Below are positions 1-9,189 of a stretch of DNA of 64,000 nt, piece after piece (the stretch's first letter is position 1; each line of letters begins with the position of its first letter). The stretch covers positions 416,001 through 480,000 of the forward strand of contig CAWGMQ010000007.1 in NCBI GenBank assembly GCA_963823665.1, in the 5' to 3' direction. Position numbers and translations under genes: made by a program. The notes under the pieces are model-generated. The model searched no databases, was not told where the DNA came from, and saw only the letters and a list, made by a program, of their open reading frames with translations. This DNA is from an uncultured Planctomycetota bacterium. Its GTDB lineage: Bacteria > Planctomycetota > Planctomycetia > Isosphaerales > Isosphaeraceae.

Positions 1-2
1 AC

Positions 3-755
3 GGGCTTTACGGACCAGGCAGTCGCCGCGTGCTCCTCGAAGCGGGTCTCCGCAGGGGAATGCGCGTCGCCGACTTCGGCTGCGGTGTCGGCCTGGTGAC
101 CGCCTTGCTCGCCGAGCTGGTCGGGCACGAGGGGCACGTCGTCGGCCTCGACGCCAGCGCCGCGCAGCTCGACCAGGCACGTAAGCGCATGCCTGCCGGC
201 AGCACAAACATCCGCTTCGCCCTGGCCAGTGCCACCGACTCGGGCTTGCCGCCTGCGTCGTTCGACCTCGTCTATTGCCGCTTCCTCCTGCTCCACCTCA
301 CCGAGCCGGAACGAGCCTTGCGCGAGATGGGAGCCCTGCTCAAGCCGAACGCCATCCTGGTGTGTGAGGATGGCGACCTGACCACGGCAGGCAGCGAGCC
401 TCCGTCGGCACTGGGAGCGTTTGCTGATCTGTGGGGCCGGCTGGGCCCGTCGCGGGGGGTGGATTACACCCTCGGCCGCCGCCTGTTTCAGATGGTTCAG
501 GCCGCCAGCTTCCCGGCGCCGGAGATCGCCTTCAACCAGCCGGTCCTGGCACGCGGTGAGAACAAGCGATTTCTGGAGCTGTCGGTCGCCGAAGCGGGGC
601 CCGCGTTTGTGGACGCAGGATTGATCACGGCGGAGCAGCTCGAGCGCACCGTTGCGGAAATGTGTCGTCTGAACGCGGACGATAACGTCGTCGCGGTGAT
701 GCCGCGCATGGCGCAGGTGTGGGCGCGGAAGCCTGCTGGTCTTACAGGGGGTTAG
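3..755 (+). CDS. Class I SAM-dependent methyltransferase (5' end lies before the window)
   Basis: Motif I VADFGCGVG, then VVGLDAS, FDLVYCRF and LKP; the frame is open from position 3. Confidence 0.85.
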   Translation, partial: GLYGPGSRRVLLEAGLRRGMRVADFGCGVGLVTALLAELVGHEGHVVGLDASAAQLDQARKRMPAGSTNIRFALASATDSGLPPASFDLVYCRFLLLHLTEPERALREMGALLKPNAILVCEDGDLTTAGSEPPSALGAFADLWGRLGPSRGVDYTLGRRLFQMVQAASFPAPEIAFNQPVLARGENKRFLELSVAEAGPAFVDAGLITAEQLERTVAEMCRLNADDNVVAVMPRMAQVWARKPAGLTGG

Positions 756-806
756 GACGGCTTGACCTTGCGCTTGAGCCACCTCCTGTCTGGCCTCGCG
801 CGCTAA

Positions 807-948
807 GAGCGTGTCTGCGAATTGCGGTCGTGTGCGGAAGGGCTCTCACGCCGGTTCTCTCCCCGAGGGAGAGGGAGCGATAAGTCGTCGCGTCGGATTC
901 CTCAACGGGTACAGGACCTTATCGCACGTTGAATTCGCAGAGACGCTC
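807..948. mobile_element. 142-bp MITE-like element with 17-bp terminal inverted repeats
   Basis: GAGCGTGTCTGCGAATT (807-823) vs AATTCGCAGAGACGCTC (932-948), 16/17 complementary; flanked by TAA and CAA; internal CTCTCCCCGAGGGAGAG hairpin. Confidence 0.55.
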
Positions 949-981
949 CAAGGGCGCCGAGTCGATCGGATCGCGCCACGA

Positions 982-1041
982 ATCGGAATGGGGCGTTGCT
1001 GCATATCGCTGCGGCGAGGGACTGTTACAATCGGGTTTCTT
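982..1041 (+). promoter_or_regulatory. Putative promoter block, copy 1 (extended -10 TGTTACAAT at 1023-1031)
   Basis: 60-nt near-identical to 2989-3048; both copies lie just upstream of a gene start. Confidence 0.5.
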
Positions 1042-1077
1042 GAGTTCCGGCCCGGCGATCGATCAGGGGGTGCGGTG

Positions 1078-1586
1078 ATGCATTATCAGGTCGATGAAAA
1101 CTGGCTTCTTCTGCCAGAAGCAACGCGATTCGTCGAACTTGCCGGTGTGGCCACCGACTCGCGCGACCGCGTCTTTGTCTTCGCTCGCGGCGAAACCCCG
1201 ATCATGGTCTTCGACCGCGAGGGTCGGTTCCAGTTCTCCTGGGGTGAGGGCCTCTTGCGCGGCCCCACGGGATCACGATCGGACCGGATGATGCTGTCTA
1301 CATCACGGACGATCTCGACCACACGATCAGGAAGTTCACACCTGATGGGGACCTCTTGCTGACCTTCGGCAAGAGCGGCGTTGCGTCAGACACCGGGGCG
1401 ACCAGCCAGGATTTCCGCAGTATTCGCCGCGCCGGTGCACCGTTTCATTACCCCACGAACGTGGCCCTGGCGGCGGACGGGTCGCTCTATATCAGTGATG
1501 GATATGGAAACGTGCGCATGCATAAGTGTTCACACGATGGCCGGCATCTTTTGTCGTGGGGGGAGCCGGGCGCCCTACCGGGGCAG
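1078..1586 (+). pseudogene. Truncated duplicate of the NHL-repeat gene at 4153
   Basis: Colinear with 4153-4662 (MHYQVDENWLLLPEA...EPGALPGQ), one base missing near 1256; similarity stops abruptly at 1586. Confidence 0.85.
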
Positions 1587-1665
1587 CCGCGTGCGGGCCG
1601 CGTCACCTCAGACCCTCGTCAAGCAGGCCGGTTTGCAACGGCTCGTCCTCTATCGCCCGGCGACC

Positions 1666-1800
1666 CTGGCCGATCTCACGGCCCCCGACCCGCGGCCGAT
1701 CACCTGGGGTTGCTTCAGCCCCGATGAGGGCCGCCTGGCGGTGGCGGGCGCGAGCCACTTGATCCACGTTTGGGATCTGCGGCGGATTCGGAGGCAGTTG
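1666..1800 (+). pseudogene. Relic of a terminal WD40 blade
   Basis: LADLTAPDPRPITWGCFSPDEGRLAVAGASHLIHVWDLRRIRRQL: the FSPD...VWDL pattern, resembling the ends of planctomycete kinase-WD40 proteins. Confidence 0.55.
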
Positions 1801-1803
1801 ATC

Positions 1804-2697
1804 ATGCTTTCTCTTATGCAGACGCCGTTGATCCGCCTGGGCAACCTTTTTCCGCGTCATGAGGTTTACGCGAAGTGCGAGTTCCTTGCCCCGTCCGGTT
1901 GTTTCAAGATTCGCGGCGCGGCGCATCTGCTGGACCACCTGCGTCGTGAAGGGGACATGCGCCAACTGATCGTACCGTCGATGGGAAACACAGCGCTGGG
2001 AGCGGCGACGGGCGCACAGGCATTGGGCTTCAGCATGACCGGCGTCGTGCCGCACACCATCGCCCGCGCCAAGGACGAGAAGCTGAGGGCCCTGGGCGTC
2101 GAATTGATCAAGATTGCTGGTGGGGGCAGCGACCTGTTGCGCTATGCCACCGACCTCGCCAAGGAACGCGGGGGCTATTTCGTACATCCTCACCTGGATC
2201 CGCTCTGGACTGACGGCTACAGGTCCATCGCAGCCGAGGTCGTACTGGATCTCCCCGGTTGCCGGTCGCTCGTGTTTCCTTTGGGCGGCGGGGGCTTGCT
2301 CATGGGCCTGCTGGCGTACTTGCGGAACAACCCGGCGCAGCTCCGACTGTTCGGCTGCGAGCCGTACAACTACCCAAAGTACGCTTGCTTCGACCACGCC
2401 CGGTCTACCACGATCGCGGACGGGCTGATCCTGGAGACTGCCCATCCACAAGTGCAGCACGCGATCACGGATGGGGGGGTGGCGATCTCTCTGGTCCCGG
2501 AGGTAGACATCCGCACGGCGCTGAAAGACCTGTTCGACACGCAGGGGGTGGTGGTCGAACCGTCGAGCGCGATCGCTCTGGCCTTCGTCAGAGCCCGCGC
2601 CGAGCAGTTAGAAGAACCGATCTGCGTGATCCTCACAGGTGAAAATATCGCTCGCGAGGATCACCGTCGACTCATATCCGCGGCGCGCGAAGCTTGA
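1804..2697 (+). CDS. PLP-dependent fold type II enzyme (threonine/serine dehydratase-like)
   Basis: QTPL, KCEFLAPSGCFKIRGA (PLP lysine), SMGN, PLGGGGLL, TIADGL, VEPSSA, ILTGEN. Confidence 0.8.
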   Translation: MLSLMQTPLIRLGNLFPRHEVYAKCEFLAPSGCFKIRGAAHLLDHLRREGDMRQLIVPSMGNTALGAATGAQALGFSMTGVVPHTIARAKDEKLRALGVELIKIAGGGSDLLRYATDLAKERGGYFVHPHLDPLWTDGYRSIAAEVVLDLPGCRSLVFPLGGGGLLMGLLAYLRNNPAQLRLFGCEPYNYPKYACFDHARSTTIADGLILETAHPQVQHAITDGGVAISLVPEVDIRTALKDLFDTQGVVVEPSSAIALAFVRARAEQLEEPICVILTGENIAREDHRRLISAAREA

Positions 2698-2751
2698 GGC
2701 GTCGGGGCTCGCCGCGGCCTTGGATTGGATTTCGGCGCTCGCGTCGCTTAC

Positions 2752-2820
2752 GAAGTTCAGAGCGGAAGGCGGCCTCTTGCAGACTTTCGGCAAGAGCGGT
2801 GTCCCGTCAGACACCGGTGC
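2752..2820 (+). pseudogene. Third, short degenerate fragment of the NHL gene
   Basis: Encodes KFRAEGGLLQTFGKSGVPSDTGA vs KFTPDGDLLLTFGTSGVASDTGA in the intact copy. Confidence 0.65.
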
Positions 2821-2988
2821 TATCCGATCGCCAAGCCGCTAAATCCAGCCCTCCGGGAATTCTGCACCCGGGAAGACACGGCGAACCTCCTCCAGCAATT
2901 CCAGCCACTGACTCCGCGTGTAGCGGTCGGACAGGTGGAACAAGAGGAGCCGACCCGCCCCCGCCAGCACCGCGATACGGCCCACCTG

Positions 2989-3048
2989 ATCGGAATGGCG
3001 CGTTGCCGCATATCGCCGCGGCGTGGGGCTGTTACAATCGGGTTTCTT
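2989..3048 (+). promoter_or_regulatory. Putative promoter block, copy 2 (TGTTACAAT at 3030-3038)
   Basis: Repeat of 982-1041, directly upstream of the gluconolactonase gene. Confidence 0.5.
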
Positions 3049-3084
3049 TGAATTGGGCTCGACGGCCTATTTGGGAGTTTGGCG

Positions 3085-4131
3085 ATGCAACCATTCTCAC
3101 TTTGCGTGATCTTGCTTCCGCTCATCGGAGCATTTGCGCCGGCTGATGCCCACGCCGACGAGCTCGTTCCCCCCGATTCAAAGCTCGAGCTGCTCTATAC
3201 GCGATCCGCTCCGATCAAAGGGGGATTGACCGAGGGCGTCGCAGCGGCGCCGGATGGATCCATGTATTTCTCTGAGATTCCGTTCGGCGACGACAAGGGG
3301 TTGATCATGCGGTTCGACCCTCGCACGAAGCTAACCACGATCTTTAGCCCCGATAGCCACAAGTCCAACGGGTTGATGTTTGACGCCAAGGGAAACCTGA
3401 TTGCTTGCGAAGGTTCCGACGGCGGCGGCCGCTGCCTGGCGCGCTGGGACGTGAAAACCGGCCGTCGCGAGATCATCGCCGACAAGTACAACGGCAAGCG
3501 ATTCAATGCCTGCAATGACCTTTGCATCGACGAAAAAGGTCGCATCTACTTCACCGATCCCCGCTATCTCGGCACGGAGCCGCGCGAGCTGGAATTCCGC
3601 GCCGTCTATCGGGTCGAGACCGACGGCACGGTCGTGGAAGTGACGCACGACATCGAGAAGCCGAATGGAATCGCGATCAGCCCCGACCAGAAAACGCTCT
3701 ACGTCGCGGACCACAACAATGGCACCGACCGGATCGACCCGACCGCACCGCCTCCAGAGAAGGGTGCAATGAAGGTCTACGCGTTTCCGCTGGGCTCGAA
3801 CGGGCTGGTGAACGGGCCGCGAAGGACCCTGATCGACTTTGGCGACGAGGAGGGCAGCGACGGCATGACCGTCGACACCGACGGACGTGTCTACCTCGCC
3901 GCACGCACGCCGAGCCGCCCCGGAATCCTCGTCGTCGACCCGACCGGACGGGAGGTTGCTTTCATCAAGACGGCCGATCCCCAGACGGGCGCGCGCGAAC
4001 CGGTCGGAAATCCGTCAAACGTCGATTTCGGCATCGGCGAGCTGAAAAACTACTTGTACGTCACAATCGATAAGAGCCTGTACCGGATCAAGCTGAACGC
4101 GACCGGCTATCATATTCCCTGGGCGAACTGA
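3085..4131 (+). CDS. SMP-30/gluconolactonase/LRE family protein, exported
   Basis: Signal peptide (AHA|DE), LTEG, SNGL, FNACNDL, YFTDP, PNGIAISPD, DGMTVD, SNVDFG; GGGAG RBS before ATG 3085. Confidence 0.9.
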   Translation: MQPFSLCVILLPLIGAFAPADAHADELVPPDSKLELLYTRSAPIKGGLTEGVAAAPDGSMYFSEIPFGDDKGLIMRFDPRTKLTTIFSPDSHKSNGLMFDAKGNLIACEGSDGGGRCLARWDVKTGRREIIADKYNGKRFNACNDLCIDEKGRIYFTDPRYLGTEPRELEFRAVYRVETDGTVVEVTHDIEKPNGIAISPDQKTLYVADHNNGTDRIDPTAPPPEKGAMKVYAFPLGSNGLVNGPRRTLIDFGDEEGSDGMTVDTDGRVYLAARTPSRPGILVVDPTGREVAFIKTADPQTGAREPVGNPSNVDFGIGELKNYLYVTIDKSLYRIKLNATGYHIPWAN

Positions 4132-4152
4132 ATAAGCAAATGGAGAGGCGTC

Positions 4153-5117
4153 GTGCATTATCAAGTCGATGAAAACTGGCTTCTTCTGCCCGAGGCAGCG
4201 CGATTCGTCGAGGTCGCTGGCGTTGCCACTGACTCTCGCGACCGGGTTTATGTGTTTTGCCGAGGCAAAACACCGGTCCTGGTCTTCGACCGCGAGGGGC
4301 GCTTGCAGTTCTCCTGGGGTGAGGGTCTCTTTGCGCGGCCGCATGGAATCACGATCGGGCCGGATGATGCTGTCTACATCACGGATGATCTCGACCACAC
4401 GATCAGGAAGTTCACACCTGATGGGGACCTCTTGCTGACCTTCGGCACGAGCGGCGTTGCGTCCGACACCGGTGCGACCAGCCAGGATTTCCGCAGTATT
4501 TGCCGGTCCGGTGCACCGTTTCATTACCCCACGAACGTGGCGCTGGCGGCGGATGGGTCGTTGTATATCTCGGATGGATATGGAAACGCACGCGTGCATA
4601 AGTTCTCACCCGATGGCCGCCATCTTCTGTCGTGGGGTGAGCCGGGCGCCCTACCGGGGCAGTTTCACCTTCCGCACGGAATTGCCGTCGGGCCCGACGG
4701 CACAGTCGCTGTGGCTGACCGCGAGAACAGCCGCCTCCAGTTCTTTTCACCGGACGGGCGGTTCTTGCGAGAATGGACACAGATTGCGCGGCCGTGCCAG
4801 GTCGCGATCGATACGCAGGGGATCGTATACGTGGCGGAGCTGGGGTATCGGGCCGGGATGTGGCCCGGGACCGTGCCGCCGGAGCCGGGTGCCACCGGGG
4901 GACGCGTGAGCATCTTCGATTCCGGAGGCGAGCTTCTGGCTCGCTGGGGCGGGGGTTCTGATCCCTGCGCGCGGGTGATTTCTTTGCGCCGCACGATATT
5001 TGCCTCGATTCGCGTGGCGATCTTTATGTGGGCGAAGTGGTCTGGTCGGCGGGGGGCGACGTGGGCGCCGTGCCGGCGAGCTGCCATGCGCTTCAGAAAT
5101 TCACCAGGAAGGGTTAG
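4153..5117 (+). CDS. NHL-repeat beta-propeller (PAL-like family); one frameshift near 4970
   Basis: FARPHGITI, FHYPTNVA, YISDGYGNARVHKF, FHLPHGIAV, VADRENSRLQFF; after the shift GDFFAPHDICLDSRGDLYVGEV...LQKFTRKG*. Confidence 0.85.
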
Positions 5118-5173
5118 AGTCATCGTTTGCGGGATCGTGGCGCCGTGGGCGCGACCTGGAGACGCTCGCATTT

Positions 5174-5233
5174 GTAGGGTGGGTGAAACCCACCAGTAGA
5201 TGCCGGAATCTTGGTGGGTTTGGCCCACCCTAC
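5174..5233. repeat. GTAG-type REP doublet (REPIN-like)
   Basis: GTAGGGTGGGTGAAACCCACC ... GGTGGGTTTGGCCCACCCTAC in inverted orientation, intergenic. Confidence 0.75.
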
Positions 5234-5244
5234 GGGAGCTGTTT

Positions 5245-6330
5245 GTGAAGGCCTGGCGGTTTTATGCATTCGGGGACATGCGGCTTGACGACGTGCCGGA
5301 GGTGGTCGCTCGGCCGGGGCACGTGGTTGTCGAGCCTCTTTGTGTTCAGCCCAGCGTCACGGAGGCGCAACTTGCGTTTGGAATTCCGACGCTCGCGTTT
5401 GCGAACATCAAGCGCCGGCTGGAGACGGAAGCTCCGGTACAGCTTTTCGGTCACGAGTTCTGCGCTCGGGTGCTCGAGGTCGGCGAGGGGGTGACGCGCT
5501 TCCGCCCGGGAGACCGGGTGGCCGCGCGGGCGAAGCTGCCTTGCGGGACGTGTGCTTTCTGCCGGGACGGCCGCAACCATCTTTGCCGCGCGGGGCCGAT
5601 CGTCGGTTTTCAGCTTCCCGGTTGTTTCGCCGAGCGGGCGCTCTTGCCGGAGATCGCGCTCGTGCACGTCGACGATCGGATTTCGGACAGCGAGGCCGCT
5701 TGCTTGCAGTCGCTGAGTGACAGTGTCGCGGCCGTTGAAACCGCTGAGATCAAGATCGGTGACTCGGTCGCGATTTACGGGCAGGGGAGCATGGGGCTCG
5801 AGTGCCTGCAGATCGCGCGGACGAGCGGCGCGGGGCTGATCGTCACCGTTGACGTGCGCGATGAGGCCTGCCGGGTTTCACGCGAGCTGGGCGCCGACGT
5901 GGCGCTCAACGCTCGCGACGACGATCCGGTCACGTCGATCCGGGAGCTGACCGGTGGCAATGGATCGGACGTCGTCTTCGAATGCGCGGGTGGAAGCCCG
6001 AAGCAGGGGCTGGCGGGAACCCGTTCGTTGCAGCAGGCGATCGAATCGGTTCGCTCGGGTGGCAAACTTGTGGGCGTGTCGTGGTTCGGGGCTCCGATGG
6101 AGCTCGACGTCGACTTCTTGCGTGAGCGCAGCCTGCGCTTTCTGTTTCCGGATATCAGCACGCTGGCTCATCTCGAACACACGGTGAGGCTCGTCGCCTC
6201 GGGGCGCGTGCGGCTGAAGCCGACGATCACTCATGTCTTGCACGGACTTGAGTCTGTGCCGCGGGCGTTCGAGATCACCGCGAACAAGGGAAAGTACCAG
6301 GCGATTAACCCCGCGCAGGTCATTCCATGA
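5245..6330 (+). CDS. Zn-binding alcohol/polyol dehydrogenase (MDR family)
   Basis: GHE, CGTCAFCRDGRNHLC structural Zn site, YGQGSMG, DVVFECAG; GTG start with GGGAG RBS. Confidence 0.85.
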   Translation: MKAWRFYAFGDMRLDDVPEVVARPGHVVVEPLCVQPSVTEAQLAFGIPTLAFANIKRRLETEAPVQLFGHEFCARVLEVGEGVTRFRPGDRVAARAKLPCGTCAFCRDGRNHLCRAGPIVGFQLPGCFAERALLPEIALVHVDDRISDSEAACLQSLSDSVAAVETAEIKIGDSVAIYGQGSMGLECLQIARTSGAGLIVTVDVRDEACRVSRELGADVALNARDDDPVTSIRELTGGNGSDVVFECAGGSPKQGLAGTRSLQQAIESVRSGGKLVGVSWFGAPMELDVDFLRERSLRFLFPDISTLAHLEHTVRLVASGRVRLKPTITHVLHGLESVPRAFEITANKGKYQAINPAQVIP

Positions 6331-7646
6331 CGAAGTCTGCGGCGATGGTGCCGGATCGCGACGAGATTCGGAGCTTGCGTGATCTTTCGGCTTACCAGTG
6401 GAAATCGGGTATTGCCGCGTGGCTGGGATGGCTGTTCGACGGCCTGGACATGCACCTGTATGTTCTTGTGGCTGCGCCGTTCGTCGCGGAACTGGTGGGT
6501 GTTACCGACACGCGGAATGAGAGCGTCGGCTGGTACAGCTCGTGGATCCAGGCCGCGTTCCTGGTCGGCTGGGCGCTTGGCGGCGGTTTCTTCGGGCGGA
6601 TCGGCGACCGCATCGGCCGCAGCCGCGCGCTTTGTTTGACCATACTGACGTATGCGCTTTTCACGGGACTGGCTTTCTTCGCGCAAACGTGGTGGCAATT
6701 GTTGATCGTGCGATTCCTGGCGGCGCTGGGCATCGGCGGCGAGTGGGCGGTGGGTGCCTCTTTGCTTTCGGAAACATGGCCGCGGCGGTGGCGGCCCTGG
6801 ATTGCCGCCGTGCTCCAGAGCGGAGTCAATCTCGGCGTGCTGCTGGCCTCGGTGGCGACGTTTGTGCTGGCTGGCACGAGTCCTCGCGCGGTGTTCCTGG
6901 TCGGCGTGCTGCCGGCGCTCTTGGTCTTGTGGATCCGGTGGGCGGTTCCCGAAACGGACGAATGGAGTGCGGCCAAGCGCGAGGCGCAGGACGATGCGCC
7001 GGGAATCGCCGATCTGTTCCGGGGCCGGGTGCGGCGAACGGCGATTCTGGTGATCCTTGTCTGCTCGGTCAGCTTGACTGCGCATTGGGCATTCCTGTTC
7101 TGGTACCAGCAGCACTTGAGGAACTTGCCGGATGTGATCGGCTTATCGGCGGCGCGGAAAAATGAGATTGCCAGCCTTGCCAATTTCCTGGTCATGGGGG
7201 CGGCGATCTTGGGGAATTTCATGGCCGCGGCGATGGCGCGAGTGATGGGATACCGGCGTGCGATCGCGATCCTGTGTCTGGCATACTTTCTTTCGATGCT
7301 ACTCACCTACTCGGCACCTCGAAGCTACCCGGTCTTGCTCGCGTGCATTCCGGTCATGGGAGCCAGTGGCGGCCTGTTTGCGCTCTTCACGATGTACCTG
7401 CCGCCGCTGTTTCCTGTGCTCTTGCGAACGACCGGCGCGGGGTTCTGCTACAACATCGGGCGCATTGCCGCGGCGGTGGGGACGATCGTGTTCGGGTTGT
7501 TCACGAAGGTGGGCGACTACCGGATCGCCTTGATTTGCGCGGGCACGCTGTTCCTGCCGGCGGCGATCATCGCCTGGCGGCTGCCCGAGCTCTCCGACCT
7601 AGATCTTTCGCCTGCTTCTCCACCGGTTCGGCCGGTTCACTCTTGA
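6327..7646 (+). CDS. MFS transporter
   Basis: GWLFDGLD, motif A GRIGDRIGRSR, GIGGEWAVG, RTTGAGFCYNIGR; many hydrophobic helices; ATGA overlap with the previous gene. Confidence 0.92.
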   Translation: MTKSAAMVPDRDEIRSLRDLSAYQWKSGIAAWLGWLFDGLDMHLYVLVAAPFVAELVGVTDTRNESVGWYSSWIQAAFLVGWALGGGFFGRIGDRIGRSRALCLTILTYALFTGLAFFAQTWWQLLIVRFLAALGIGGEWAVGASLLSETWPRRWRPWIAAVLQSGVNLGVLLASVATFVLAGTSPRAVFLVGVLPALLVLWIRWAVPETDEWSAAKREAQDDAPGIADLFRGRVRRTAILVILVCSVSLTAHWAFLFWYQQHLRNLPDVIGLSAARKNEIASLANFLVMGAAILGNFMAAAMARVMGYRRAIAILCLAYFLSMLLTYSAPRSYPVLLACIPVMGASGGLFALFTMYLPPLFPVLLRTTGAGFCYNIGRIAAAVGTIVFGLFTKVGDYRIALICAGTLFLPAAIIAWRLPELSDLDLSPASPPVRPVHS

Positions 7647-7672
7647 CGATTGTCCGATCGCCGTTTTACAAT
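7643..7672 (+). promoter_or_regulatory. Putative sigma70 promoter of the paralog array
   Basis: TTGACG-N18-TACAAT, about 78 nt upstream of ATG 7750. Confidence 0.55.
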
Positions 7673-7749
7673 TGTCGTCGATCGAGCATCCTGTGGGGGG
7701 CGGCTGGTAGCCGGGGGTGCTCGTGCTTGTTGGGGTTGGGAGTGGATTC

Positions 7750-9127
7750 ATGTCGCGCGGGTTTTGCGCATGTGCTTTGTTTGGCGTGCTGGCGGCACCG
7801 TGTGCCGGCGGGCAGACGGATGCGAAGCCTGAGTTGCTGATCTCGCTGACGGTCCGGCCGGTTGCTGCGCCAGAACCGGCGCTTGAGTACGTGCTGCTTC
7901 CCCAGCTCAGGGAGATGACCCCGGGGAACCCGATCCAGGGCTACTTGAAGTGTTACCTCGAGCAGTATCGGTTTGTCTTTGACGAGGAGGAATTCGGGCG
8001 GCGCCAGACGCATCTGACGATGCCGCTCGAGGAATTGCCGGCACCGGAAGCGGCAGAAGTCGACCCCCGGTCGCTGGCGCAGGTTGACACGGCGGCCCGG
8101 CTCGACAAACCTGACTGGCAGGTCCTTCTGAAGCTCAGAGCCGACGGCATCAAAACGATGCTTCCCGACCTGCAGATTATGCGAAATCTGGCCAGGGCGC
8201 TGCAGGCGCGGTTGCGGGCCGAGGTTGCCGAGGGCCGGGTCGACGACGCGATGCGAACGGCCAAGACCATGTTCGCCATGGCGCGGCACATGGGGGAGCA
8301 TCCCACCTTGATCGGCGGTCTGGTGGGATATGCAATCATCAATATGGCGTTCGGCCCGCTGGAAGCGCTGGTGGAGCGCCCCGAGTGCCCCAACCTTTTC
8401 TGGGCGCTCACGAATCTGCCGGATCCCTTGATCTCGATCAGGACGGGAATGGAAGGTGAGCGGCTGATGAACTGGGCGCTTTTCCGGGAGCTGGATCGAG
8501 CCGCTCCCATGAGTGCCGAGCAGATCGAGAAATTCGTCGGCCCGGTCGACGCGATGTTTGCTGAGGGCGACCGTCTCAATATCCGGGCTTTTCTCGCGGA
8601 GCGGACGAGCAACGAACAGAATCTGGCCGCGGCGCGAAAGCGTCTTGCTCTTGCGGGGCTGCAGGAGGCGGATGTCAAAGCGTTCGTTCCCGCTCAGGTG
8701 ATCCTGCTGGATGATGCACGTGAGTGCGATGCCCGATTTGACGAGATCGCGAAGATCGTGGGGTTCTCCGCCTGGCGATTCGAGGAAATGGCGGAAAAGT
8801 TTGCCACCCTCAAGAAAGAACGGGCGTTCTTTGCCGATGCGCTCATGCCTCACCTGCTTGGCGCGGCGCGCTCACGCGCGGATCGAGCAGCGAATCGGCC
8901 TGCTGCGGCATGTCGAGGCGCTGCGGATGTATGCGGCTGAGCACGGCGGTGCCTTCCCGGCGAAGCTATCCGATATTTCCGTGCCGCTGCCGGATGACCC
9001 GTTCACCGGCAAGCCTTTTCTTTACGAAGCAAGTGGTAAGACTGCGCACGTTCGCGGCAGGCCGCCGAAGGCGATGGAGAACGATCGGGCGTTCCGCGTG
9101 CACTATGAAATCACTCTGAAGAATTGA
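7750..9127 (+). CDS. Array paralog P1, secreted helical protein of unknown function; frameshift near 8865
   Basis: ORFs 7717-8940 and 8711-9127 join into a full homolog of P2-P7; signal peptide. Confidence 0.85.
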
Positions 9128-9189
9128 CGAATCGGGTCGGCTGCTCAAACGAGCCGCTGGTCTCTTGTCCGCGAGGGGAGTGCTTTGCA

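Noticed and set aside
1381..2697. 438-aa WD40-dehydratase fusion
   Set aside because: Its N-terminus is the wrong frame of the NHL pseudogene plus a relic; the enzyme starts at about 1804/1816.
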